From a virus (taxonomy: Duplodnaviria > Caudoviricetes): DNA of 64,000 bases. The translations under genes were made by a program, and so were the position numbers. The first letter of the stretch is position 1, and each line of letters begins with the position of its first letter. Under the pieces are notes generated by a model. It searched no databases. It worked only from the letters and a program-made list of their open reading frames with translations, and was not told the DNA's origin. Positions 37,580-47,273 of the stretch are shown piece by piece. The stretch lies in the IMG/VR virus record IMGVR_UViG_3300027764_000007, positions 6,515 through 70,514 of that record; one strand, written 5' to 3'.

Positions 37580-38980
37580 TTACAGCGTTGCAGTAGTCTT
37601 GATCAGACCAATGCGCTCAGCACGTTGCAGCAGGAAGCCGTACCACCACTTGATTGACATGAAGCCAATCTCGCCGTAAGGATTCGTGGTATCCGCACTC
37701 TTCTCACCGGGCGGAACGTGGATGATGCTGAACTTCGTGCTCTTACCATCAGTCTGGAAACCAATGGTAGTGTAGGCACCTTCGCCCACTACGAGCATCG
37801 GGAACACGTCATACGCATTGCCGGTTTCGTAATGTGTTGCGGTAGCTGCAGCAGTTGCGCCAGCACCCGCCCACTTCATCATCTCGGGCACAACTACAAT
37901 GCGGAACTGGTCGATAGAACCAATCTCGCCATTGAGCACCGTAGTGCCTGCAGCGTACTTGTGGACAGGGATGAAGGCTTCGTTATTGTGCAGATCTACC
38001 ATTGCACGCAATGTCGGAATCAGCTCAGAGCCGATGTACATCACGCGGCCACCATAGATTGTCTTGGTATCGACCAGGCGGGTACCAGTGATGATCTTGG
38101 TTTGCTTCGGTGTACGGTTGTTGTCCAGTTCAATGGCAAGACGCAGCAGGTCAGCGTAGTCCACCAAATCCGTTGCATCGAGCGTAGTTGCAGATGTTGC
38201 ATCACCTGCATAGCGCAGAACACCAGCACTGTTCAGCAAGTCGATCTGCAGGGCGTCTTCGGTCATTTCGTTGGCACCGGCCAACATCTCACGACGAATG
38301 TGCATCTGCAGGTCGGGATCAGAGTCGAAGTCCAGAGAGTCTCTGGTGTACTCATCGAAGAAGCCGAACTTCTCCATGGTGCCTTCGATTTCCTTACGCT
38401 TAAAGCCAACACGGTTAACGCGGCCACCGGTCTCAGACAGAGCTGGAAGCTTGCCAGAGATGGTACCTACGTCTTTGCTGGAGCCATACAGGTTACCGCT
38501 CAACTGGCTTACCTGGGTACCCAACAGATTGCTGTCGATGGCAATTTTGTTCGCCACCCCTTGTGTGGTCACGACAATGCGGGTAGCCGCAGCTGACAAT
38601 GTGACTGTCCAAGGTGTAACGGTGCCAGACTTGACAGAGCCGGCAACCGCTGCCTGTACTGCAGTGGCATTGGCTTCCAGAGCAAAAGTCATCACAGTAG
38701 TGGAGGCACGGAAGCGCACTTCCCAGTTGTTGGTGATGGTGGCCCCAGCAGCGTCAATACCCTGATCGTTGATGTTTTCATCATCGAGCATTGGCAGGTA
38801 ATGAAACTTCTTGATCTTCTTGCCCATGTTCTTGGGCATGGAAGTCGCGTCAGCAGTCTGAGTGAAATACTGCTCCTTCACCATTTCGATCAAAGCTTTC
38901 TTGTCGTAATGGAAAGTGTTCATCTGTGGACCGATGGTAGAAGCACTACCACCGGCCGGATCATTATAAATTTGTGGCAT
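37580..38980 (-). CDS. Major capsid protein (N4 gp56-like) with about 77-aa insertion
   Basis: NDQGIDAAGAT, GNLYGSSKD, GGRVNRVGF, YDVFPMLVVG, PYGEIGFMSIKWWYG closely follow the N4 MCP. Confidence 0.95.
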   Translation of the reverse strand: MPQIYNDPAGGSASTIGPQMNTFHYDKKALIEMVKEQYFTQTADATSMPKNMGKKIKKFHYLPMLDDENINDQGIDAAGATITNNWEVRFRASTTVMTFALEANATAVQAAVAGSVKSGTVTPWTVTLSAAATRIVVTTQGVANKIAIDSNLLGTQVSQLSGNLYGSSKDVGTISGKLPALSETGGRVNRVGFKRKEIEGTMEKFGFFDEYTRDSLDFDSDPDLQMHIRREMLAGANEMTEDALQIDLLNSAGVLRYAGDATSATTLDATDLVDYADLLRLAIELDNNRTPKQTKIITGTRLVDTKTIYGGRVMYIGSELIPTLRAMVDLHNNEAFIPVHKYAAGTTVLNGEIGSIDQFRIVVVPEMMKWAGAGATAAATATHYETGNAYDVFPMLVVGEGAYTTIGFQTDGKSTKFSIIHVPPGEKSADTTNPYGEIGFMSIKWWYGFLLQRAERIGLIKTTATL

Positions 38981-38988
38981 ATGTCACC

Positions 38989-40086
38989 TTAAAATTGGTT
39001 TCCCATTGTCTTGCTGAACTCCTCGTCCGACATTGCCAATGGATTGAACTGGTCATCAGTTTTCACCACGGACATTGAGCGGGTTGGAGCTGCAGCGCGT
39101 CTGCGATCATTCAAGCCAGTATCGGCAGCTTTGGGAGTGGCGGTCACAACAATGGCAGCAGGCTTTTCCACTTTAGGTTGGAACAAGTGGTTAAAGGCTC
39201 CCTTTGCGTGTAGCTCATCCCCTACCTTTTGGTAGGCTTCGATATCTGTCAGGCCATTCAATGTGCCGAGCATTCGTTGTTTTTCCAGCGCAGTGCTGAT
39301 CAAGGGGTAGACGCCAGTGGCCATATGGCCGTCTATCACTTTCAAGAGTTGCGGGGTATTGGCAACAGTTTTACGGCTTATCGCGTCCCACTTAGTGCTG
39401 ACCAGATCAAGGGTTTTGGTGTAGGTCGGAGAGTCTTTCAACTCCTCCAGTACGCTATCCAAATCCAACTCGACATCGGCCACAGTGTAAGAAGACGCTC
39501 TGTAATCATCTGCTTTTTCCAGATCCAGGTTGAGCGGGTCTAGCCCACTGTCCTTCAACAGTCGGGTAATCGCTGCCGGATCTTTCTTGTTCACGTCAAT
39601 CAAGAATGAGAGCTTGCCCTCATCCAGTAATCCGTTGTTCTCGAGCATCTTCAGCGCTTTCAAACCAGGCTTCAGAGCTGCCATCTTCTTGTTGTAGTTG
39701 GCCCCCAACTGCATCAGTCGAATGGCCTCATCTACGTTTTCTACCTGCATGTCCTTGCCGTTGGCACGGAACGGTGCAGTGAGTTTCTCGTAAGCTTCCT
39801 GATAATTGACTGCAGCAGGTGGTTCAACCACTGGTGCGGCACCCTCTGCAGGTGGGGCTTCCACCGCAGGGGCAGCGACTGGTGTATTAGCCGCCACTGG
39901 GGTAACTACTGGAGGTGTTTCCACAGCCGCAGCAGCTTCAACTACTGGGGCAACTACCGGATTGGTGGTCGCAAAATCCAACGCAAGAAACTCTTCGTCG
40001 GACATCTCCAGGAACTCATTGCTGCCTTCCTCTACAAGAGTGTCGTCATCTTCAATCAACTCGATATCACCGGTTGCCGTAGTCAT
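38989..40086 (-). CDS. N4 gp57-like protein (scaffold/tape-measure annotated)
   Basis: PFRANGKDMQV...LMQLGANYNKKM; C-terminal NPLAMSDEEF. Confidence 0.8.
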   Translation of the reverse strand: MTTATGDIELIEDDDTLVEEGSNEFLEMSDEEFLALDFATTNPVVAPVVEAAAAVETPPVVTPVAANTPVAAPAVEAPPAEGAAPVVEPPAAVNYQEAYEKLTAPFRANGKDMQVENVDEAIRLMQLGANYNKKMAALKPGLKALKMLENNGLLDEGKLSFLIDVNKKDPAAITRLLKDSGLDPLNLDLEKADDYRASSYTVADVELDLDSVLEELKDSPTYTKTLDLVSTKWDAISRKTVANTPQLLKVIDGHMATGVYPLISTALEKQRMLGTLNGLTDIEAYQKVGDELHAKGAFNHLFQPKVEKPAAIVVTATPKAADTGLNDRRRAAAPTRSMSVVKTDDQFNPLAMSDEEFSKTMGNQF

Positions 40087-40439
40087 CAGAGAGTGCCTCC
40101 CTGTGCTTGCTCAGTCTCCAGCTCAAACAGAGTTTCTTTGTCTGCTGTAATAGCCTGTTGAGCCATTACAGATGAGTGTTCAATTGCACGGAAGTAACCA
40201 AGCAGCGAACCAATGCCATCGATCTCCTTCATGATTTCATCTTGCAGCTCTTTACTATTTCTGCTGGGCGATGCCCTCAGATGCACCAGTCTGATCGCCT
40301 CGGTTTCCAGATAACCTTTGCGGATAACCGCAATGAAATCGGGATTCTCAGTCAGACGGCGTAATGTATTCCCCCGTTCAACAAACTCCTCAGCTTGTTG
40401 AATATTCAACTCTACTTGTTGTATTTGTTCTGCGATCAT
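40086..40439 (-). CDS. N4 gp58-like protein
   Basis: RRLTENPDFIAVIRKGYLETEAIRLV; synteny. Confidence 0.75.
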   Translation of the reverse strand: MIAEQIQQVELNIQQAEEFVERGNTLRRLTENPDFIAVIRKGYLETEAIRLVHLRASPSRNSKELQDEIMKEIDGIGSLLGYFRAIEHSSVMAQQAITADKETLFELETEQAQGGTL

Positions 40440-40508
40440 AGTCTTCCCGTATCAGTGCTAGTTAGGTAATAGGTGTAACTGGCGCGAACATACCCAATCA
40501 AAAAACAA

Positions 40509-42665
40509 TTATCTGGGATTTTTTAAGAACGCTTTCAATTGAGTGCGATTGTCACTCTGCATCTTCAACTTGTGGTCTTCCCTCTTCAGCTCAATGTTGG
40601 CTGCAGCTTGAGCACCATGCTGCTGCAACTCACGTTCCTGAGTCACACCGGATTCCTGCTCAACAAAGTCCAGATCAGTCTTGTCTGCATTGCTTGACAG
40701 CTGTCTTGCTTTAGCCCCTTCTGTGCCTACCTTTGCTTGATCCAACTGAGCACCAGCTTGTAGGCTCATAGCTCTGGCGTTTATCTCAGCGACTTCAGCT
40801 TGTAGCTTCTGGATAGTCAGCTGTTGTATCTGCTCTTGCATCGGATCTGGTGTAGGCTGGAACTCTTCCAGCTTCTTGGCCAGGTCAGGCATCTTTCTCA
40901 GGCGGGCAATATCCGCCATGATCATGCGAGTCATCTCAGGGTCAGCGTTTGGCCCCAATGTCTGCAGCATGAAGGACAGTTCTTCTGCCTTGGCGTTGTC
41001 TTCCTCTGCCGTGGTAATGGTCAGGGTAAGGTCAAACTCCCCAACCAACTCGTCTTTGCGCACCTTTACGAACTCTTCGTTCGTGATGCGGATTACTTCC
41101 TCTTCTCCGAGGTACTCGCCGTTCATTGCGATGATCTTTTTACCAATCTCCACAATGCCCGCTGCCAGTCTTCGCAAGATACCCAGCTCACGCTTGGAGG
41201 CTGCATCCAATGCGCCACGCACACCCACAGCCACATCTCCCAGGCCAGCACCAGAGATGCCGCCAGAGAATGACTTCACGCCCGTGAGAGATTCAGCCTC
41301 CATGTTCTGCAGTTGCAACATGAACTGTGCAGAGGCGGGTATCTCCGGGAATTTATGGGTATAAAACGCGGTGTCAGGGTTAACACTGGGGTTGAACTCG
41401 TAGTCCATACCACGTTCAAACTTGCGACGGTTGGTAAGATCAAGTGCATCTTTGCGGGTACCGGTCTGACTGTTGGCGCTCTTGGCCATCAGATCAATCA
41501 TCCCGCGGGTGACCGCACCGGCTACACGTTGGTTGTCCTCAATCAGTAAGCCATCTGGCTCACCGTGAGTCTTGCGACGTACTGGTAAGTATTGAGCAGT
41601 GACGAAAGGATGTTTCTTGTCAGGGAACGGATTTTTTTCCTGACGGATAGTGGTGTTACTCACCCATGAGCATACAAAAGGTTCAGCAATACCAGTATCG
41701 TTATAATCCCTATATCCCCAGTATTCATGAACGACAATCTTTTTACGGGTCTGATCATGAACTGAAAAATCTGAAGGAGTATCGGTGGCATAGTCTGGCT
41801 CCGCTAGTGCGCTGGCTGAACTTACATTGATGTGGTCCAAATTTTTGTACCGCTTATCCTTTCGCAGCGCTGACATGGTGGACTCAAAGCTGTAGATAAT
41901 AAAGGCAGCGTCAGCCAACACACCTTTACAGCTCGGGTCTATCACTAAATTACGGTAATCACACACTTCCAGGCTTGGCTTGTTCGCCACAATACGGGTG
42001 CGGGTTTCATTCTTCGTGCCCGTTACAGTAGGGCGGTGGGGAACACCGGTTTGCAGGGAATAATCCAAAGCAATTTGCAGTTCTTCAGGGACATCCCGCA
42101 TGAAGCCATTGGGATCTGTTTCCTGCAGCTGCTGCAGTTCTTGAAATAGTTCAATGAGGGTTTCATCGGGAGTCAGCGCTACGATCGGAGCGGCATACTC
42201 GTATTGCTCCTCCTCAAATATCCAACACACCTTCACTGTTACAGTGCCTTCATCTACCGCGGTACGGACGTACTCATCGATAAACTTTACCTTGTCTATC
42301 TTGGTATTGAATTGTGAGTTCAGCACCAGCGCATTTTGCTGGGCAGCCTTCTTGTCTTCCCAGCTTACCGGGGCAGCAGTGAACAACACAGGCACACTCA
42401 GGAATGGTTCAGATAGTGCAGCGTAACGCCACTCCGCCTGCTTACGGATAAGCCTGGGCACTATCTTGGATGACCCAGTGGGCGTGTTGACCTTCGCTGC
42501 ACCGGTGACATTCAAGTTATCCAGCCAGCCATTGATCTTAATTACTTGCGCGTCATGTATGGGCTTCGCCGCTCGTAAATCAGCCTGCAGGTCTGACAGC
42601 AAAGGGGCATTTACCCAGTCGTTAAGGGGCACCAGTGCAGGGAGTTCATTTGTCTGTTCGGCCAT
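40509..42665 (-). CDS. Portal protein (N4 gp59-like)
   Basis: IVPRLIRKQAEWRYAALSEPF, EAESLTGVKSF, DFVEQESG; start at MAEQT. Confidence 0.93.
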   Translation of the reverse strand: MAEQTNELPALVPLNDWVNAPLLSDLQADLRAAKPIHDAQVIKINGWLDNLNVTGAAKVNTPTGSSKIVPRLIRKQAEWRYAALSEPFLSVPVLFTAAPVSWEDKKAAQQNALVLNSQFNTKIDKVKFIDEYVRTAVDEGTVTVKVCWIFEEEQYEYAAPIVALTPDETLIELFQELQQLQETDPNGFMRDVPEELQIALDYSLQTGVPHRPTVTGTKNETRTRIVANKPSLEVCDYRNLVIDPSCKGVLADAAFIIYSFESTMSALRKDKRYKNLDHINVSSASALAEPDYATDTPSDFSVHDQTRKKIVVHEYWGYRDYNDTGIAEPFVCSWVSNTTIRQEKNPFPDKKHPFVTAQYLPVRRKTHGEPDGLLIEDNQRVAGAVTRGMIDLMAKSANSQTGTRKDALDLTNRRKFERGMDYEFNPSVNPDTAFYTHKFPEIPASAQFMLQLQNMEAESLTGVKSFSGGISGAGLGDVAVGVRGALDAASKRELGILRRLAAGIVEIGKKIIAMNGEYLGEEEVIRITNEEFVKVRKDELVGEFDLTLTITTAEEDNAKAEELSFMLQTLGPNADPEMTRMIMADIARLRKMPDLAKKLEEFQPTPDPMQEQIQQLTIQKLQAEVAEINARAMSLQAGAQLDQAKVGTEGAKARQLSSNADKTDLDFVEQESGVTQERELQQHGAQAAANIELKREDHKLKMQSDNRTQLKAFLKNPR

Positions 42666-42803
42666 GGGCAGGCTCCAAGAAGATTCTTGGGAACATAGTG
42701 GCAAACGGATTTATAAATTTCTGGGAAAATTTATTTGCGCCCCTTTAAGGTTGTAGGCCAGCTCAATTCAGGGCGTTATAAATAACAAAACAAGGGGAAC
42801 AAT

Positions 42804-43304
42804 ATGCAAGATGGTATGACGATGTATCTGGGCGTGAAGTATGTTGGAGCTGTGCCGATGACTCGGGGAGCGTACAACAGTTACCGTGGTTGGGAACTTC
42901 CGATCGATGAGGACGGAGCAGACGAAGGATTCTTGATAGAGTATCTGGATGGGGGTAAACAAAACCATCCAAACCACACAGGCTACGTCAGTTGGTCCCC
43001 CAAAGAAGTATTCCAGCGGGCCTACAAGATGATTGGTTTGCTGAACTTCAGTGATGCACTGTTGCTGGTGCGCCAAGGGCAAAAGATTGCTCGGCAAGGT
43101 TGGAACGGGAAAGGGATGTTTCTGTTCCTGGTTCCCGGCTCAACCTTCACTGTCAATCGTGCGCCACTGCTGGGGATTTACCCAGAGGGCACACAGGTAG
43201 ACTACTGCCCACACATTGACATGCGTACTGCCGATGGCAAGATAGTTCCTTGGCTTGCCTCACAGACTGACTTGCTGGCAGAGGACTGGGTTGTTGTAAA
43301 GTAA
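42804..43304 (+). CDS. DUF2829 (Tad2-like) protein with an extra N-terminal domain
   Basis: LNFSDALLLVRQGQKIARQGWNGKGMFLFL...PWLASQTDLLAEDW is the DUF2829 signature. Confidence 0.8.
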   Translation: MQDGMTMYLGVKYVGAVPMTRGAYNSYRGWELPIDEDGADEGFLIEYLDGGKQNHPNHTGYVSWSPKEVFQRAYKMIGLLNFSDALLLVRQGQKIARQGWNGKGMFLFLVPGSTFTVNRAPLLGIYPEGTQVDYCPHIDMRTADGKIVPWLASQTDLLAEDWVVVK

Positions 43305-43320
43305 CCCCAAGCCAGAAATG

Positions 43321-43345
43321 AAAAAGGGCCACTCGGCCCTTTTTT
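43321..43345. terminator. Bidirectional terminator
   Basis: AAAAA-GGGCC-ACTC-GGCCC-TTTTTT between convergent genes. Confidence 0.85.
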
Positions 43346-44061
43346 TATACCCAGCCGTTACGCTCCAGCCTGTTATTTATCCCTGCCGTCTCCACCTTGA
43401 AGCCAGTTGCATTGAGCAGCGCACAGCTATTCTCAAATTTCATGGTGTAGTGACTGCCCTCATGAAATTCATTGACCATTCCCACTGGCGTGAGTGCCCG
43501 TGCTGCCACGTAAAACAGCAGGGCTTCCAGATATGATGGCGGCAGCTGAATATCCACCGCAATCGGGGCACCGCTGGCAATCTGGGGCGATATCGCCGGG
43601 TGATCTGCCCGGTAAATCACACGAATCGTGGCGCTTTCGTTGGTTGTTGGGACAATCAGTGAGTTGTATGTCGGGGTACGCAGGGAATCCTCATCCCCCA
43701 CAATGTTGATGCTCAGCTCCGTTCCTTCAGCATCGTATGCCCGCTCAACTTTGATCAGATCATTGACGAAATTCCACTGGGCGTCGTCAATATATTTATT
43801 GGTTTCTGTTGATTGCGTATTACTCTGGGCATACCGCTTATCCAGCACATAACTCTGCTGCCCATCCACCAGATCGAGTGTAAATTCCCCCTCCCGCAAC
43901 AGGAATCTTTTATGCAGCTCAGTCAAACCAAGCTGAATAGACCAGAGCAGGTGCCTGCGCTTGTCCACTGGCAATTCTGCCACTGGCACGCCGGCTGCAT
44001 CCATATACAGGTGGCGCATTTCTCCATTTACTAGCTGGGAGTAGACATCATCTAAAGTCAT
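43345..44061 (-). CDS. Head-tail adaptor (N4 gp67-like)
   Basis: IQLGLTELHKRFLLRE, DLIKVERAYD, ALLFYVAARA, NNRLERNGWV. Confidence 0.85.
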   Translation of the reverse strand: MTLDDVYSQLVNGEMRHLYMDAAGVPVAELPVDKRRHLLWSIQLGLTELHKRFLLREGEFTLDLVDGQQSYVLDKRYAQSNTQSTETNKYIDDAQWNFVNDLIKVERAYDAEGTELSINIVGDEDSLRTPTYNSLIVPTTNESATIRVIYRADHPAISPQIASGAPIAVDIQLPPSYLEALLFYVAARALTPVGMVNEFHEGSHYTMKFENSCALLNATGFKVETAGINNRLERNGWV

Positions 44062-44073
44062 AGGGGTAAATCC

Positions 44074-45678
44074 TCATACCACGTAGGAACTGAGTGAGCG
44101 GTTGGTGTTGTCTTCCATCTCTTCGCCCCATACACCGGAGTCATCTTGGGTCAACTCAATGACTTGTGATGGCCTCCAGGTTTGCAGCAAGGGCAGCATA
44201 GAGATGGTATCGATAAAGTCATCGTGCTTGCTGCGAAATCCACCAGGGGAAGCCAATGAAAGCTCGTTCAATCCTTCAGATAACTCCGTGCTGCCACGTT
44301 TCTCAGAGGGGAAGAACATCTTGTGGCTCTTAAACCACGGCACCACCACGTTGAATCTCACCATCTTGTTGGTGGTCGGGCGTATTCCGGGCCTACCTTC
44401 GTTGTTATCTGAAGCCAGGGTGAAATAGATATTGCGGGTGAGCATTTCTCGCTGAATCCAGGGAATGAAGCCGCCCTGTTGTCCACTGACTTCAATGCCT
44501 ACCTGTTGTGGGTTGTACGTCTGGGCCAGCCTGAACAAATCATCCACGTTTTTATCCATCAGCTGTCGCTTGCACACCCCATCTGCCCAGTACCAATCAC
44601 CATTATGGTTCAGTGCCCATACGTTGATCACCGAGAAGTCACTGGACTGTTTCTCACTGGTGGCAAAGTCAGTGGTGATATAGAAATTAAACCTGGGCTT
44701 GAACTTGAGTACCGCGCTGTGCTGGTACCAACAGATGTCATTGTCCAGAATCAGACGATCTTCATCGGACATGATGCGCAGCATCAGCTCCTGGTTGAAG
44801 CCAGAGATCTTGCCGGCCTTCATCGCTATCTCGTAGGCTTTCTTCACGTAGTCGTAATTGAACCGGTCTTCCCATGAACCCTTGAAGTCCTCTCGAGAAC
44901 AGGGGAAATGCTCGCATACGGGGAACACGTTCACTGCCCATGCCCCTGACTCGACTGCTTTGTACAGTGGATCGCGGGAATTGAAGGGAGTACCTGACCA
45001 GATAATCATGTTGCGGTTGGGGTGCAGCGCATAGGTGATGGCGTTGTACACCGTGTCCTCTACTGAGGAGATAATCGTAGGGGAGCGTGCATCTTCATCG
45101 GAGAACAGGTCATCGAGTAGCGCCAGTTGGGGTCTGGAGTTTAGTTCGACTGTACCCCGTACTCCCGTCTTTGCACCGTGACCGGTCACCACAAACTCAC
45201 GTCCATCCGCATTCTTGAAATACCACCGTACATCAGTGAACTTCGTGATGGGCAGGAACTCTTGGAGGAAGGGACTCTGATCCCACATTTGCTCCAGTCG
45301 CAGGCGCATCTTCTTCACCCCGTTCTCCATACTGTCGGAGACATACAGGGTGTACTTGATATCAGCCAGGTTGGGCAACTCACCATACACCGCGATATAG
45401 AGAATCAGGTACTGCGCCATCACCGTGGTCTTTGCGGAACCGCGGTGACACAGGTTCGCTATCCTGGTTTCCCCGTGGGTAACAGTATCCAGCATTTTAA
45501 AGTGCATGACCGGAGTCTTGTTCTCTGCTCCGCCTACGCCGTGAATCAGCTTCACGAAGGTGATGAACTGCAGGGAGAAACCAGATGGAACATAGTCAGG
45601 GTCATCGACATAGCTGACCTGATTCAGGTAATCCTCTACCTTCAGGGTAGCCAGCACATCGAAGGCGTCATTACTCAA
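44074..45678 (-). CDS. terL: Terminase large subunit (N4 gp68-like)
   Basis: CHRGSAKT, GAKTGVRG, ALLDDL, TTDFATSEKQSSDFS, KHDDFIDTISML. Confidence 0.95.
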   Translation of the reverse strand: MSNDAFDVLATLKVEDYLNQVSYVDDPDYVPSGFSLQFITFVKLIHGVGGAENKTPVMHFKMLDTVTHGETRIANLCHRGSAKTTVMAQYLILYIAVYGELPNLADIKYTLYVSDSMENGVKKMRLRLEQMWDQSPFLQEFLPITKFTDVRWYFKNADGREFVVTGHGAKTGVRGTVELNSRPQLALLDDLFSDEDARSPTIISSVEDTVYNAITYALHPNRNMIIWSGTPFNSRDPLYKAVESGAWAVNVFPVCEHFPCSREDFKGSWEDRFNYDYVKKAYEIAMKAGKISGFNQELMLRIMSDEDRLILDNDICWYQHSAVLKFKPRFNFYITTDFATSEKQSSDFSVINVWALNHNGDWYWADGVCKRQLMDKNVDDLFRLAQTYNPQQVGIEVSGQQGGFIPWIQREMLTRNIYFTLASDNNEGRPGIRPTTNKMVRFNVVVPWFKSHKMFFPSEKRGSTELSEGLNELSLASPGGFRSKHDDFIDTISMLPLLQTWRPSQVIELTQDDSGVWGEEMEDNTNRSLSSYVV

Positions 45679-46361
45679 TCAACGCGCTCCCCTTCGATGA
45701 TGATGGCGCTCTGGGCTATCGTGTGTGCGCTGGATATCCCGGTGACAATCTGCTGACGTTGCTGTTCAGCCAGGGCAAAGGTTGCTTGGCGTAGCGCATC
45801 AATACTGCTGTCCTTCTTGATGCCGATGTCCAGCTCAACCTTCTGTGTCTCTGGCATCTTCAGGTGAGTCAGCAATGAGTTGGCTGCATCGGTGCGTACC
45901 TTCTCACTGTTGGCTGTCATCATCAGATCCGCCTGCACATTGAGTGCCTTCTGGTACAGATCCTGGTTGAGTACCCAACTGGGTATCAGGCTCTGCTCCA
46001 TGATCAGACAAACCATCTTGGATTTAGCAAAGGCTGATACATAGCTGGCAATGTCTTTGCCCACTACGCCGCGGGTAGTCCAGTCTGTAATCTTCTCGGG
46101 GAAGGTCACCGTGAATGCAGCAAGGTCTGTCTTGCCCATCAGCTTATGGCTTACAAACTTCACTGCAGAGATGTAGCCAGTGATCTTGAATCGCCCATCT
46201 GCCATGACATTCGCATAGCTCAGCAGATTCTCCCGGTAGGTCTCGTACATATCAGGGTCAGCAAGTGTTGCCGTGATCTGCGCGATGACCGCTGGGTTGA
46301 TTGATTTCTTAACCTGATCCGGCAGTGCCTGCCTGAATTGGTCTATTGTCATTAAGTCCAT
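45675..46361 (-). CDS. Terminase small subunit (N4 gp69-like)
   Basis: SAVKFVSHKLMG, NSEKVRTDAANSLLTHLK; upstream of terL. Confidence 0.85.
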   Translation of the reverse strand: MDLMTIDQFRQALPDQVKKSINPAVIAQITATLADPDMYETYRENLLSYANVMADGRFKITGYISAVKFVSHKLMGKTDLAAFTVTFPEKITDWTTRGVVGKDIASYVSAFAKSKMVCLIMEQSLIPSWVLNQDLYQKALNVQADLMMTANSEKVRTDAANSLLTHLKMPETQKVELDIGIKKDSSIDALRQATFALAEQQRQQIVTGISSAHTIAQSAIIIEGERVD

Positions 46362-46423
46362 CGTTACCCCCGTGGTGCAGTTGGGCCTACTGTAGGGAGA
46401 CTTAAATTATTTTTCTGGGAAAT

Positions 46424-46447
46424 AAAAAGTCCCCACCGAAGTGGGGC
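46424..46447 (-). terminator. Rho-independent terminator
   Basis: Minus strand CCCCAC-TTCG-GTGGGG then ACTTTTT. Confidence 0.75.
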
Positions 46448-46608
46448 AAGGGGGTGCGGTGAAACCATATTGCAGGAGCAAGGACTACGTGCGGAATTAC
46501 TTACAGGTGGGCAGAGATGTCTTACCTTCTACAGCGGGCAGGATCGCAATAACCTCCGTGATCAGTGGCAAGATTATCCAACCACCGTCAGGAGATTGCT
46601 GGGATATT

Positions 46609-47175
46609 TCAGTGACAGTAAACGTAATCGTTATCCCCAAAGATACATTGCACCAAACCATCACCATCAGGGGTACGGATCAATGCACTGGAAGGGGTAG
46701 ATTGTTGGGGGGCAGGAGCAGGAGTAGATCGAGTGTAAACAGGGGGAGTGAAATCAGGAATAGTTAACCTGGGCACCGGCACATACGTGCTACCAGAGGA
46801 AGCCAAGAAAGATGATGCCCGCTGGTAGTTATCCTGAAGATGGGCAATCTTCTCCGGGAGGAGGGCTTCCATCTGTCTGCATAGGCTTACCATTTCATCA
46901 TGCGGGTATGCCCCAAATTCTGCAGCGACCACATCGATACTCTGGCGTACCTCGTCTACGCTGAAGACGGCTACATCACTGAGCGCATCCAATGAGGTCA
47001 CGTATTCTACTGCCAACTCTCTGTCCATATACCCAGCAGGGCCACATACATTCATTATCCCTACGGTAATCCCAGCAACCTCAGCGAAGTCTGCATCCAT
47101 CTTGTAGTGCGGGAGCATGGTGGAACATCCCCCTGCCATTGAAGCCAGTAACATAGAACATAATATCTTACGCAT
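46609..47175 (-). CDS. Predicted lipoprotein
   Basis: Signal MRKILCSMLLASMAGG-C, Pro/Thr/Ser linker, C-terminal CIFGDNDYVYC. Confidence 0.7.
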   Translation of the reverse strand: MRKILCSMLLASMAGGCSTMLPHYKMDADFAEVAGITVGIMNVCGPAGYMDRELAVEYVTSLDALSDVAVFSVDEVRQSIDVVAAEFGAYPHDEMVSLCRQMEALLPEKIAHLQDNYQRASSFLASSGSTYVPVPRLTIPDFTPPVYTRSTPAPAPQQSTPSSALIRTPDGDGLVQCIFGDNDYVYCH

Positions 47176-47273
47176 GGGGTATCCCTATATTGACGAGTGA
47201 GGTTGGACCTTACGCGCTTATATCTATTATTGCCAATCCTTCGCCTCAGCCTGTTCCGCTTCCGTGCTCATCG

